Positions 18,673-27,974 of a stretch of 64,000 nt of DNA are shown piece after piece (within the stretch, counting starts at the first letter, position 1; each line of letters opens with the position of its first letter). The stretch is from Gemmatimonadales bacterium (GTDB lineage: Bacteria > Gemmatimonadota > Gemmatimonadetes > Gemmatimonadales > GWC2-71-9): NCBI GenBank assembly GCA_044221045.1, contig JBGAPX010000003.1, positions 1 to 64,000 of the forward strand. Reading direction: 5' to 3'. Position numbers and translations under genes: made by a program. Below the pieces are notes generated by a model, which was not told the DNA's origin, ran no database searches, and saw nothing but the letters and a program-made list of their open reading frames with translations.

Positions 18673-20756
18673 GGCCCGGGTCCGGCCGTCGGCGCTGGCT
18701 CGAACAGCCATCCCGTCCGCTCCGAGCCATAGCGGTCCGCAATCGCCTGGATCCCGGGGATCCTCCGGTAGGTCGCCTCCGAATTCAGTCGCACCGCCGC
18801 CGGGTCGAGGTGACCCGTGATGCGGGCCTCGATGTCGGGGTCGTCCGGAGGCCGGACCTCCAGGAACCGCAGGATCTCCGCCAGGACCGCGCGGCGGCGC
18901 GCGGGATCGTGCGGGTCGTAGAGCGCCTCATACTCCACCGCCAGCAGGCTGCCTCCCCGCGACACCAGCTGTGCCTCCCATGCCTGCAGCTGCGCCAGCT
19001 CATGGTCCAGGTGCCAGGCCACCACTGCCTCGCGTACCGGTGCATAGGCGAACGTCGCCACCCGCTCCCGGTGCGCCGGGCCGAGTGGCGTCCAGACCTG
19101 GGTCTGGCCACTGATCTCGTTGGACACCACCCGCTGCAGCACGTTCCGCCGTCGCAGGAAGACGACGCGCTGCCCTTCGAGGCAGAGCAGCTGGCCGTTC
19201 AGGTCGGGGCGGCCGGGAAAGGGCCAGCCATCCGGCTCGCAGACGTGCTTGATCCCGGTGTGGGTCTGGTGGATGGCCTCGACCGCCCGTGGCAGGCCGT
19301 CGTGCGCGAGCGCGCGGGCATGCCAGGCGCCCTCAAAGTTGAGCGGGTTGAAGGGCTCCTTCATGCACCGGACGCCGGGGCAGAGATTGAGCACCCGCAT
19401 CAGCGTGGTGCTTCCCGAACGTCGCAGGGAGAAGAGCAGGAATGGCGCGGGGCCGCCGCGGGTCGTCCGCGGGGCGGGCGGCGACGGCCGGGGACGGACG
19501 GCGTCCACCAGTCGGGGAAGTGTCTCCGCGGCGATGGCGGCCCATTCCAGGTGGGGGACCGTCTCGCGCCGGCCCGATCGGGCCCAGTCCATGCGGTCGA
19601 GGGCGCCGGCGATCCCGGTCACGCCCGGGTCATCCACGCGGGTGGCGGCTGGCCAGCCCCCGAGATACTCCCCCATCCCGCCGACGTCCGTGTAGAGCAC
19701 GTGACGGCCGTAACTCAGGGCCATCAGCAGCTGGCCGCTGCCTGAACTCTCCCGGTAGGGCAGGGCCACCACGTCGCAGGCCTCGAACAGCTCCGCCGTC
19801 TGCTCGATCCCGAAGGGTCCCGGCAGGAGCCGGATTCGGGCGCCGAGTCCCGCCGCGTCCACCCGTCGCCGCAATCGTCCGAGCCGATCGCCGGGGACGA
19901 GGTCGGGGTATCCCCACTCCCATCCCGCCACCAGGAGCACGAGGTCGCGGCGTCTCGCGGTCGCGAGCGCGTCGACGAGGGCGTCGAGGTTCTTGTAGGG
20001 CCGCACGCCGCCGAAGGCCAGGAGCACACCCGTGCGCTCGTCGACGCCGAGCAGGGCGCGCACGGCGGCGCGCCGCCCGGGGCGCCGGGGGTAGATGGTA
20101 TAGAGGCCGTGCGCCATGCGGAGCGCCCGGGCCCCGGTCCCGGGAAACCGGCGCTCGAGTTCCGCCCTGGCCGTGTCGCTGTGGACCACGAGGGCGCGGG
20201 CGCCGGCATAGAGCGCGGCGGTCCGGCGCGGAGCGTCCGGGGTGGCCTCATGCGGCAGCACGTTGTGCACCGTGTGCGCGAGCGGAAGGCCCGCCGCCGC
20301 CGCCAGCGCCCAGAGGCGCGGGGTGGCGCCGGGGAGTTCGGGCCACTGGCTCCAGACGAGATCATAGGGTCGCAGGCGGCGCAGCCAGTCGTCGTCGGCC
20401 GCCGCCGGCGGCGCTGCAGCGGGGACGTGACTCGGGGGCGGGGGCGGGGTCACCGTCGCTCGCGGCCGCCACCGGGCCAGTCGTTCGAGGTAGGGCGCCA
20501 GCGCCGGTTCCGGCCGGGGCGGCGCGGGAGCGGGCGGTGCCGCGGGGGCCGGCAGCCGCCAGGCCGCGTCGGCGGCGGGGAGTCCCAGCGCGGCGTAGAG
20601 GCGATAGTCGCGGTGCAGCGTCCGGGCGAAGCTGGAGGGCAGGCCGAAGCAGTCGACCTCTGCACCGGCCGTCACCAGGGCCTGGGCGAGCTCGTGGGTG
20701 TAGCCGGCGATGCCGGCGTCGCCGACCGGCTCGAGCAGGGCCACGCGGACGGGCAC
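18657..20756 (-). CDS. Two-domain glycosyltransferase (GT4-like) with a C-terminal sulfotransferase-like domain.
   Basis: N-terminal GT-B fold (GGVRPYKNLDALVDA...LVLLVAGW...ALPYRESSGSGQLLMALSYGRHVL). C-terminal LFSLRRSGSTTLMRVLNLCPGVRCMKEPFNP and VVFLRRRNVLQRVVSNEIS look like sulfotransferase PAPS-binding motifs. Confidence 0.65.
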   Translation of the reverse strand: MPVRVALLEPVGDAGIAGYTHELAQALVTAGAEVDCFGLPSSFARTLHRDYRLYAALGLPAADAAWRLPAPAAPPAPAPPRPEPALAPYLERLARWRPRATVTPPPPPSHVPAAAPPAAADDDWLRRLRPYDLVWSQWPELPGATPRLWALAAAAGLPLAHTVHNVLPHEATPDAPRRTAALYAGARALVVHSDTARAELERRFPGTGARALRMAHGLYTIYPRRPGRRAAVRALLGVDERTGVLLAFGGVRPYKNLDALVDALATARRRDLVLLVAGWEWGYPDLVPGDRLGRLRRRVDAAGLGARIRLLPGPFGIEQTAELFEACDVVALPYRESSGSGQLLMALSYGRHVLYTDVGGMGEYLGGWPAATRVDDPGVTGIAGALDRMDWARSGRRETVPHLEWAAIAAETLPRLVDAVRPRPSPPAPRTTRGGPAPFLLFSLRRSGSTTLMRVLNLCPGVRCMKEPFNPLNFEGAWHARALAHDGLPRAVEAIHQTHTGIKHVCEPDGWPFPGRPDLNGQLLCLEGQRVVFLRRRNVLQRVVSNEISGQTQVWTPLGPAHRERVATFAYAPVREAVVAWHLDHELAQLQAWEAQLVSRGGSLLAVEYEALYDPHDPARRRAVLAEILRFLEVRPPDDPDIEARITGHLDPAAVRLNSEATYRRIPGIQAIADRYGSERTGWLFEPAPTAGPGPYQMA

Positions 20757-20765
20757 GGGCTTTCC

Positions 20766-21938
20766 TCAGTAGCGGGGGCGGGAAGGGTCGACCTCCTCAC
20801 TCCAGCGCTGCATGCCGCCGACCATGTTCCACACCTCCCGGAAGCCCGCACGGTGCAGCTCCCGCGCGGCATCAGCGCTGCGGGCGCCGGTGCGGCAGAT
20901 CAGCACGACCGGGCGGTCGGGATCGAGTTCCCGGCGCCGTGCGTTGAGCTGGCCCAGCGGGAGGAGGCGCGCGCCGAGGTCGGCCAGGTTGGTGATGTCC
21001 CATTCGTGGGGTTCGCGGACATCCACCAGCTGCAGGGCATCGCCCGCGGCGAGCCGGGCGGCGACCTCGCGGGGCGCGAGACCCGGCACGGGCGGTGGCG
21101 TGAGGCTGCAATGGTGGGCCTCGTCGCGCAGGCTGGTGATGCTCGGGGAGGCGCCGCAGATGGGGCAGTCGGGGTCCTTGCGGATGGTGAGCGGCTGCCA
21201 GGCCTGCTCCAGGGCGTCGAAGAGGAGCAGGCTGCCGATCGCGGGCCGGCCGATGCCGAGCAGGAGCTTGAGGGTCTCCAGGGCCTGCATGGTGCCGATG
21301 ATGCCCGGGAGCACGCCGAGCACGCCCCCCTCCGCGCAGCTGGGCACGAGGCCGGGCGGCGGCAGCTCGCGGTAGAGGCAGCGATAGCAGGGGCCGACCC
21401 GGGCATCGAAGACGGCGAGCTGCCCCTCGAAGCGGAAGATGGAGCCGTAGACGTTGGGCTTGCCGAGGAGGACGCAGGCGTCGTTGACGAGGAAGCGCGT
21501 GGGGAAGTTGTCGGTGCCGTCCACGATGACGTCGTAGGGCGCCAGCAGCTCGAGGGCGTTGTCGGCCGCGAGGCGGGTGTCGTGGAGCACCACCCGGACC
21601 TCGGGATTCAGGGCGGTGATCCGGCGGCGCGCGGACTCGAGCTTGGGGCGGCCGACGTCTTCCGTCCCGTGGAGGATCTGCCGCTGCAGGTTGGTGAGGT
21701 CGACGTCGTCGAAGTCGACGAGGCCGATGGTCCCCACGCCGGCGGCGGCGAGGTACAGGGCGAGGGGCGAGCCCAGGCCGCCGGTACCGACGCACAGCAC
21801 GCTGGCGGCCTTGAGCCGGCGCTGCCCGGACATGCCGACCTCGGGGATGATCAGGTGCCGGCTGTAGCGCTGGATTTCCCCGGGGGCCAGGGGCACGGCC
21901 GCCGGGGGCGCGGCGGGCTCGGTCAGGGTGGCGGTCAT
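20766..21938 (-). CDS. moeZ: MoeB/ThiF-type adenylyltransferase with a C-terminal rhodanese domain (MoeZ-like).
   Basis: YSRHLIIPEVGMSGQRRLKAASVLCVGTGGLGSP...CYRC...CPIC. C-terminal rhodanese domain with the active-site Cys in LICRTGARS. Confidence 0.85.
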   Translation of the reverse strand: MTATLTEPAAPPAAVPLAPGEIQRYSRHLIIPEVGMSGQRRLKAASVLCVGTGGLGSPLALYLAAAGVGTIGLVDFDDVDLTNLQRQILHGTEDVGRPKLESARRRITALNPEVRVVLHDTRLAADNALELLAPYDVIVDGTDNFPTRFLVNDACVLLGKPNVYGSIFRFEGQLAVFDARVGPCYRCLYRELPPPGLVPSCAEGGVLGVLPGIIGTMQALETLKLLLGIGRPAIGSLLLFDALEQAWQPLTIRKDPDCPICGASPSITSLRDEAHHCSLTPPPVPGLAPREVAARLAAGDALQLVDVREPHEWDITNLADLGARLLPLGQLNARRRELDPDRPVVLICRTGARSADAARELHRAGFREVWNMVGGMQRWSEEVDPSRPRY

Positions 21939-21962
21939 GGGCGCACTCGCGGGAGGGAGGGT

Positions 21963-22238
21963 TCAGCCACCGGCGATCGTGGGGACGATCGTGAGGACGT
22001 CTTCGGCGTGGACGGCGGTCCGGACGCCGTCCAGGTCGCGGACGTTGTCGCGGTTGCGGAAGACATTGATGAAGCCGCGCAGTTCGCCGTTGTCGGCGAA
22101 GAGGTGGCGACGGAGCGAGGGAAAGCGATCCACGAGCGCGGTCAGCGCCTCGGCCACGGTCGCGGCCTCGGTGGTGAAGCGCTGCTCGCCGGCGGTATAG
22201 GGACGGAAGGTGGACGGGATCGCGAAGGTCACGGCCAT
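21963..22238 (-). CDS. MoaD/ThiS/CysO-type ubiquitin-like sulfur-carrier protein.
   Basis: 91 aa ending in ...IVPTIAGG (C-terminal Gly-Gly). It lies directly upstream of moeZ on the same strand. Confidence 0.75.
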   Translation of the reverse strand: MAVTFAIPSTFRPYTAGEQRFTTEAATVAEALTALVDRFPSLRRHLFADNGELRGFINVFRNRDNVRDLDGVRTAVHAEDVLTIVPTIAGG

Positions 22239-22468
22239 TGGCGGCTCCAGGGTCGGGGGACGGCGGGCACGGCGAGTCGGGGGTCTATCGGATCGAGCGC
22301 AGCCTCTACCAGGCGACGAGGACGCAGGCCCGCGATCTCCCGCCCGCCTCTGGGAACGCGCCGGTCGTCACGTGGCACCCCGCTTGCCCGCCGGAGGTGC
22401 ATCCACCGTGCCACCCGGTTCGAGGCGGGCGGCGGGGCGTGGGACATCCCGGGACCGTGGAGGACACC

Positions 22469-22630
22469 ATGCAGGTCAAGTTCCTGGCGCTGGGCGTGCT
22501 GTTCCTGATTCTGGGCGTGGCGATTCCCCTGCAGCGGTGGCCGGGCCAGCGCCTCCCGCAGGTGCTGCTGCCGCTGCTGGCCGGGGTGCTGGCGGGATTG
22601 CTCCTGGCGCGAGTGCGGCCCAGCGCGTGA
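22469..22630 (+). CDS. Small (53 aa) two-helix membrane protein.
   Basis: MQVKFLALGVLFLILGVAIPLQRW...LLPLLAGVLAGLLLA, preceded by GGAGGA (tggaggacaccATG). It is the first plus-strand gene of the cluster. Confidence 0.45.
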   Translation: MQVKFLALGVLFLILGVAIPLQRWPGQRLPQVLLPLLAGVLAGLLLARVRPSA

Positions 22631-22760
22631 GGCGCCGAGTGCACCCTCTACTGCGTGGAGGCCATGCTCTATCCCCGCCAGCTGCACGTGCCGGGGGCGC
22701 GGCGGGGCCGGCGCGCACAAGTGCCGTGACGGTCCCGTGTTAGGTGCTGCGCGGAGGGTA

Positions 22761-22776
22761 CGGCATGGCGCTTGCC
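22761..22776 (+). promoter_or_regulatory. Candidate sigma-54 (-24/-12) promoter upstream of the Nif11-type precursor gene.
   Basis: cGGCATggcgcTTGCc has a GG-N10-GC spacing like the TGGCAC-N5-TTGC consensus. It lies about 85 bp upstream of the ATG at 22860. A near-identical element is at 34186. Confidence 0.4.
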
Positions 22777-22859
22777 TCCGGGTCGGTACGCCGCACCCGC
22801 CGGGACCCGGCTCGGGTCCCCGCACCCTATCACCCACCTTCTTCACCGGAGTCACCGTC

Positions 22860-23141
22860 ATGCCCATCACTCGCGCGGAAGAGCTCATCCAGAAGCTCGG
22901 CACCGACCAGGCGTTTCGCTCCAAGCTGCAGAACGCGGCGGATCCCGAGGCGCGGCGCAAGGTGCTGAACGAGTACGGGTTCTCGGACGTGCAGCGCGCC
23001 GATCTCGAAGCCTACGCCAAGACGCACGCGACGGAGCTCTCCGACGCCGAGCTCGAGGCGGTCGCCGGTGGCCGCACCACCAGCTGGATCTCGGTGGTGA
23101 TCGAGTCGATCGGGCTGTCGCTGGCGGCGGCGGCGCTGTAG
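22860..23141 (+). CDS. RiPP precursor peptide with a Nif11-like leader (71 aa) and a 22-aa core RTTSWISVVIESIGLSLAAAAL.
   Basis: MPITRAEELIQKLGTDQAFRSKLQNAADPEARRKVLNEYGFSDVQRADLEAYAKTHATELSDAELEAVAGG is a Nif11-family leader ending in the LSDxELExVAGG double-glycine cleavage motif. The core has Ser/Thr but no Cys. Confidence 0.8.
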   Translation: MPITRAEELIQKLGTDQAFRSKLQNAADPEARRKVLNEYGFSDVQRADLEAYAKTHATELSDAELEAVAGGRTTSWISVVIESIGLSLAAAAL

Positions 23142-23280
23142 TCCAGGCCCCGGCCGCGCCGGTCGCCGGGTTCCCGCCGTCCCCCCGGGCGGCGGCACCC
23201 CCGGCCGGCGCCCGGTGCCGCCCGCGGACCGATTCCGGTCCGCGTCCCACATCCGCTTCCCCAGTCGCGAGCACCCGCCG

Positions 23281-24600
23281 ATGACCAGTACCTGCATGCC
23301 GAGGTCCGCGGAGCGGTCGCCGGCGCCGGGCGAACCCGCCCCGGCGCCCCCGATCCGTTTCCGGGGCCAGGACTACCGGGCACGGAAGGAGTTCTTCGGC
23401 GGTACCCACCGGGTCGTCCCGCCCGAGGAGACGCTGGAGCGCGCGCGACCCCACTTCCGGCGCGCGGGAATCACCCGGCTCGGTGACATCACGGGGCTCG
23501 ACGTGATCGGGTTGCCGACGGTGCTGGCGTACCGTCCCAACGGCAAGACGCTCTCGAGCGCGGGGGGCAAGGGCTTCACGACCGTCGCCGCGACGGTCTC
23601 GGCGGTGATGGAGGGGATCGAACTCCACCACGCCGAGAACGTGCGCCTGCCGGTCCGCCGCGCGAGCTACCAGGAGCTGGCGGCCGACGGCGCGGTCATC
23701 CCGCGCGCGCAACTCCCGCTGGCCCGGCACGGCCTGTTCCGGGACCACCGGCCGGAGCTGTGGGTCGAGGGATGGGACCTGCTGGGGCAGCACCCGGTGT
23801 GGGTGCCCTTCATCGGCGTATCGCTGGTCCGGCATCCGGCGCAGAAGCCGCTGTGGGGCCGCCCGTTCGTGTGCGACAGCAACGGCCTGGCCTCGGGCAA
23901 CGTGCTGCTGGAGGCGATGGCCGCCGCGCTCTATGAAGTGATCGAGCGTGACGCGATCTCCAGCTTCAAGTGCGCCGAGCACCGCGGCCTGCTGGAGCCG
24001 CGGCGGGTGCGCCTGGAGACGATCCGCCACCCGCTCGTCCGGCAACTGATCGACCAGTGCCAGCGGGCCGAGATCGAGCCGGTGATCTACGACCGGACGA
24101 CCGACCTCGAGGTGCCGGTCTACGAGGCCCACATCTACGATCGCTACCGCCGCCACACCGGGGTCTTCGGCGGCTATGGCTGCCACCTCGACCCGGAGAT
24201 CGCGATGATCCGGGCCCTGACCGAGGCGGCGCAGTCCCGGCTGGTGATCATCGCCGGCGCCCGCGACGACATCTTCCGCCATGAGGAGCTGTCGATGAAG
24301 CTCGCTGACGACGACGGCGCGGTGGAGCGCTACGAACGGACCCCCGCCACCCTCGACGCCCGGGACCGCGCCGCGGTCACGACGTCCTCGTTCGAGGGCG
24401 ACCTCGGCGTGCTGCTGGCGCGCCTGGCCGGGGCGGGGATCGGCCAGGTGATCGCGGTGGACCTCACCCACGAGGAGATCGGCCTGCCGGTCGTGCGGGT
24501 GATCGTCCCGGGGCTCGAGGGGTACATGTCGCAGCACTACGAGCCGGGGCCGCGGGCCCGCGCCTTCGTCGCGGCCGCCAAGGCCCGGAAGGGGGCCTGA
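23281..24600 (+). CDS. YcaO-domain protein of the TfuA-associated type (thioamide-forming / cyclodehydratase family).
   Basis: FFGGTHRVVPPEETLERARPHFRRAGITRLGDITGLDVIGLP...SNGLASGNVLLEAMAAALYEVIERDA matches YcaO ATP-binding motifs. Its stop overlaps the TfuA start (TGATG). The start (23281 or 23215) is uncertain. Confidence 0.85.
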   Translation: MTSTCMPRSAERSPAPGEPAPAPPIRFRGQDYRARKEFFGGTHRVVPPEETLERARPHFRRAGITRLGDITGLDVIGLPTVLAYRPNGKTLSSAGGKGFTTVAATVSAVMEGIELHHAENVRLPVRRASYQELAADGAVIPRAQLPLARHGLFRDHRPELWVEGWDLLGQHPVWVPFIGVSLVRHPAQKPLWGRPFVCDSNGLASGNVLLEAMAAALYEVIERDAISSFKCAEHRGLLEPRRVRLETIRHPLVRQLIDQCQRAEIEPVIYDRTTDLEVPVYEAHIYDRYRRHTGVFGGYGCHLDPEIAMIRALTEAAQSRLVIIAGARDDIFRHEELSMKLADDDGAVERYERTPATLDARDRAAVTTSSFEGDLGVLLARLAGAGIGQVIAVDLTHEEIGLPVVRVIVPGLEGYMSQHYEPGPRARAFVAAAKARKGA

Positions 24601-26000
24601 TGCGCGCGGTCGTCTTCCTCGGGCCCACCCTGCCGGTCGCGGAGGCCCGCCGCATCCTCGACGCGACCTACCTGCCGCCGGTGCGGCAGTCCGACCTGGT
24701 GAGCGCGGTGGGCATCCACCGCCCGGACGTCATCGCGATCGTCGACGGCGAGTTCCGGCACACCCTGTCGGTATGGCACAAGGAGATCCTGTTCGCCCTG
24801 GAGCGCGGGATCGCAGTCTACGGCGCGAGCAGCATGGGCGCGCTGCGCGCGGCCGAGTGCGACGCCTTCGGCATGGTTGGCGTGGGCGAGGTCTACCGCC
24901 AGTACGCCGACGGGACGATCGTCGACGACGACGAGGTCGCCCTGGCGCACGCACTCGACGAAGACGGCTACCGTCCCTTGTCGGAGCCGATGGTCAACCT
25001 CCGTGCCACCTTCGCCGCGGCGCGGGCCGCGGGCGTGGTGCGTCAGGCCGAACACGACACCCTGGTCCGCGTGGCCAAGGCCCGGTTCTTCGCCGAGCGG
25101 ACCCTGCCGGCGATCCTGCGGGACGCCGGCGCCGCCGGGGTGGCCGAGGCCACCCTCGAGGGGCTGCGGCGGTTCCTCGGCACCGGCTACGTGGACCAGA
25201 AGCGACTCGACGCGATCCGGCTGCTGGAGATGCTGCGGGACCGGCCCGAGCCCGGACCCGCCCCGGTCCCCTGCCGGGTGGAGCGCACCAGCCAGTTCCT
25301 GAGCCTGTACGAGCGTGACCGCCGGGTGCGCCACGACGGCGTCGAGGTGCCCCTGGCCGCGATCGCGAGCCACGCTGCACTCCACGATCCGGACTTCAAC
25401 GAGATCAACGACGCCGCGCTCGGCCGGGAGCTGGTTGCGATCCTGGCCGACCTGCTCGAGGTGAGCCCCACGGAGGAGGAAGTGGCGGAGGAGACCCGGC
25501 GGTTCCGGCTGCGGCGCCGCCTGCGGACCGACGCCGCCCTGGAGGAGTGGCAGGCGAGGAACGACCTGTTCCCGGAGGAGTTCGAGCGCCTGATGGCGCA
25601 GCGCGCCACCACCCGGGTGATGGAACAGTGGCTGGTCACACGGACCGGCTGGATGCGCCCCACCCGCTTCCTGCTGGACGAGCTGCGCCTGCGTGGTCGC
25701 TACGAGCAGGCCGCCGCGGCGGCCGCCGGGCTGGCCCGCACCTGCCAGGAGTACTTCCCGCACTTCGACCAGACCGGCACCGACCCGGCTCCCACGGAGG
25801 CGCTGGTCATCCGGCACCTGCGCGCGACGCGGTGCGCCATGGACACGCACTACTCGCGATGGTCGGAAGAGGCCGGCTTCCCCCGGCTGCTCGACCTGCG
25901 GAACGAACTGATCCGGTCCCAGCGGGTGCGGGAGCGGGTGGAGTCCCTGGCCCTCGAGGTCCTGGCCGGCGACCCCGCGGCCGCTGCGGCGCCGGCATGA
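24600..26000 (+). CDS. TfuA-like protein (YcaO partner) with an extra C-terminal domain of about 230 aa.
   Basis: The N-terminus MRAVVFLGPTLPVAEARRILDATYLPPVRQSDLVSAV...IAIVDGEF...SMGALRAAEC matches the TfuA domain. At 466 aa it is about twice the usual TfuA length. Confidence 0.8.
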   Translation: MRAVVFLGPTLPVAEARRILDATYLPPVRQSDLVSAVGIHRPDVIAIVDGEFRHTLSVWHKEILFALERGIAVYGASSMGALRAAECDAFGMVGVGEVYRQYADGTIVDDDEVALAHALDEDGYRPLSEPMVNLRATFAAARAAGVVRQAEHDTLVRVAKARFFAERTLPAILRDAGAAGVAEATLEGLRRFLGTGYVDQKRLDAIRLLEMLRDRPEPGPAPVPCRVERTSQFLSLYERDRRVRHDGVEVPLAAIASHAALHDPDFNEINDAALGRELVAILADLLEVSPTEEEVAEETRRFRLRRRLRTDAALEEWQARNDLFPEEFERLMAQRATTRVMEQWLVTRTGWMRPTRFLLDELRLRGRYEQAAAAAAGLARTCQEYFPHFDQTGTDPAPTEALVIRHLRATRCAMDTHYSRWSEEAGFPRLLDLRNELIRSQRVRERVESLALEVLAGDPAAAAAPA

Positions 26001-27931
26001 TCTCCCTGCTGCGCATCGCCCGGCCGTCGACGCTGGTGACGGCGCAGGTGTTCGAGGATCTCTTCGCGCGGGAATTCGGCGCGGCGTTCCGCCTGCGCCA
26101 CGTCACCCCCGCCGCCTGGGCGGACGCGATCCTCGGTCCGCCCGGCGCGCCGGCCAGCCCGGCGGCGGCCGCGCGGGCGTTCCGGGAGGCGGTGCGCGGG
26201 GTCGACGTCTGGTGTCCGGGCTACGAATGCCTGTCGCTGGTGCCCGAGTACACCTGGCTGCGCAACCGTGCGGGCGCCCGCGCCCGGCTGCTGCTGATCG
26301 CCCATTCCGGCGGGGCCACGCCCCTCGAGTGGGCGCTTCTCGCGCCGCTGCTGGCGCCCGGCGACGTGGTGGTCGCGCCCAGCGCCTCGGCGCGCGCGGC
26401 GATCGTGGCGCTCCATCCCGGACTCGCGCCCTTCCTGCACGTCATTCACCATCCCATGGCGCCCCTGCCCGGCGGTCCCCGCGCCCCGCAGCCGCTGCTG
26501 GTCAGCCTGGGCCGCCTGCACGCGGGAAAGTTCCTGCACCGGCAGCTCGATGCGCTCGCCTGGCTGCACGACCACGGCCGTGCGGTGCCGGATCTGGTGA
26601 TCGCGGGGCCGCTGGCCGAGGGGGGGCGCACCGAGCCGATGGCCTACGTGCAGGGCCTCCGGGCCCAGGCGGCGCGACTCGGGCTGGGCGGGCGGGTCCG
26701 CTTCAGCGGCGCGGTGATCGGGCCGGCGGCGAAGGGGCAGCTGCTCGGCGCCGCCCACCTGGTGCTCAATCTCTCCGGGACCCTCGAGGAGTCGTTCCCG
26801 AAGACGCCGGTGGAGGCGCTGGGCGTCGGCACGCCGGTGCTCGGGACCTGGTGGAACGGCGTGCGCGATACCGTGGGCGACTGCGGCACCCTGCTGCCGA
26901 TCCAGTTCGCCGGCACGCTCCCCGAGGTGCCCGACGTCGCGGTGCCCGCGCTGGCGGAGGCAATCGAGGCGCTGCTGGACCATCCGGTATCCCCGGAGCG
27001 CTGCCGGGCCCGCGCGGCGCAGTTCACCCCGGAGCGCATGATCGCGGCCTACCAGCGCACCCTCACGGCCGCCCTCGAGGGGGCGGGCCCGGGTCCGGAT
27101 GAGCCGCCGGCGGACCGACCGGCGGCGCCCGCCACGGGCCTGCTCTCGGCGGCCGCCCCGCTGCCCCAGGTGAGCTGGGCCTCGCTGTTCGGGGCGGCCC
27201 GCGCGGCGTCGGGCTGGTGGCGGGCGCAATGGGCGGCGCCGGGGAGCGGCACGCCTCCCGCCATCGAGCTGTATCGCCGCGTCGTGGAGGAAGCCGTGCG
27301 GCCGGCCCTTGAGCGCACCTTCGCCGGGCAGCCGGCGGGAGCGGCCGCCATGGCGTGCGGCGCGCCTGGCCAGCGGTTCGCCGATGCGGCGGATTCGGTG
27401 GCCGTCATGCATGCCGCGGCCACCGGCCGGGGCCTGCCGAGCGGCCGCTGCGCGGCGCTCCGGGTGCTGGTGGCCATGGGCGAAACCTCACGGGCGGCGG
27501 AGGGCCTCGCGTCGGTGCGCGCGGATGGAGCTGACGGTCCGGCCACGAGCCTGATCGCGCGCGACCTGCTCGCGCTGGCGGGCCGGCCGGGCGCGGCGCT
27601 GTCCGAGGCGCTCGCCGCCCTGGCGCCCAGCCGCCTGACGGACCGGGAGGTGGCGCCGCTCCGGCAGCTGGCGGTCCTCGCGCGGCAGGCGGGGGCCCCG
27701 GCCATCGCGATGCCGAGCCTGGCGGAGTGGCTCGACCGCCACCCCGACAGCCAGGAGTCCGGCCCCGTCTGGCTGGAACTCGCGGCCAATGGGCTGCAGG
27801 CGGGAGGCGCCGCCCTGCCGCTCGCGGCGCGGGCGCTGGAGCGGGCCCGCGCCCTGCTCGGCCAGCACCCCGTCGTGCTCCGCCTGACGGCAGCCCTGGA
27901 CCAGGCCCTGTTGCTCCACACCGCGGCCTGA
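25997..27931 (+). CDS. Glycosyltransferase family 1 (GT4-like) with a C-terminal alpha-helical region of about 290 aa.
   Basis: ATGA overlap with the TfuA stop. Glycos_transf_1 core: PDLVIAGPLAEGG...EESFPKTPVEALGVGTPVLGTWWNGVRDTVGD. Confidence 0.75.
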   Translation: MISLLRIARPSTLVTAQVFEDLFAREFGAAFRLRHVTPAAWADAILGPPGAPASPAAAARAFREAVRGVDVWCPGYECLSLVPEYTWLRNRAGARARLLLIAHSGGATPLEWALLAPLLAPGDVVVAPSASARAAIVALHPGLAPFLHVIHHPMAPLPGGPRAPQPLLVSLGRLHAGKFLHRQLDALAWLHDHGRAVPDLVIAGPLAEGGRTEPMAYVQGLRAQAARLGLGGRVRFSGAVIGPAAKGQLLGAAHLVLNLSGTLEESFPKTPVEALGVGTPVLGTWWNGVRDTVGDCGTLLPIQFAGTLPEVPDVAVPALAEAIEALLDHPVSPERCRARAAQFTPERMIAAYQRTLTAALEGAGPGPDEPPADRPAAPATGLLSAAAPLPQVSWASLFGAARAASGWWRAQWAAPGSGTPPAIELYRRVVEEAVRPALERTFAGQPAGAAAMACGAPGQRFADAADSVAVMHAAATGRGLPSGRCAALRVLVAMGETSRAAEGLASVRADGADGPATSLIARDLLALAGRPGAALSEALAALAPSRLTDREVAPLRQLAVLARQAGAPAIAMPSLAEWLDRHPDSQESGPVWLELAANGLQAGGAALPLAARALERARALLGQHPVVLRLTAALDQALLLHTAA

Positions 27932-27974
27932 ACGGCACCCGCCCTTACCGACCCTGCGGGGACGAGAGCTCACG

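Noticed and set aside
19442-22508. 501-aa and 799-aa plus-strand ORFs opposite the GT-sulfotransferase and moeZ/moaD genes.
   Set aside because: Antisense to genes with clear family motifs, with low-complexity RG-rich translations.
22737-23141. Longer 134-aa version of the Nif11 precursor starting at 22737.
   Set aside because: The N-terminal 41 aa are RG-rich and overlap the candidate promoter. The Nif11 leader homology begins exactly at the internal Met at 22860.
22885-24537. 550-aa minus-strand ORF opposite the precursor and YcaO genes.
   Set aside because: Antisense shadow ORF. The plus-strand Nif11 leader and YcaO motifs are unambiguous.
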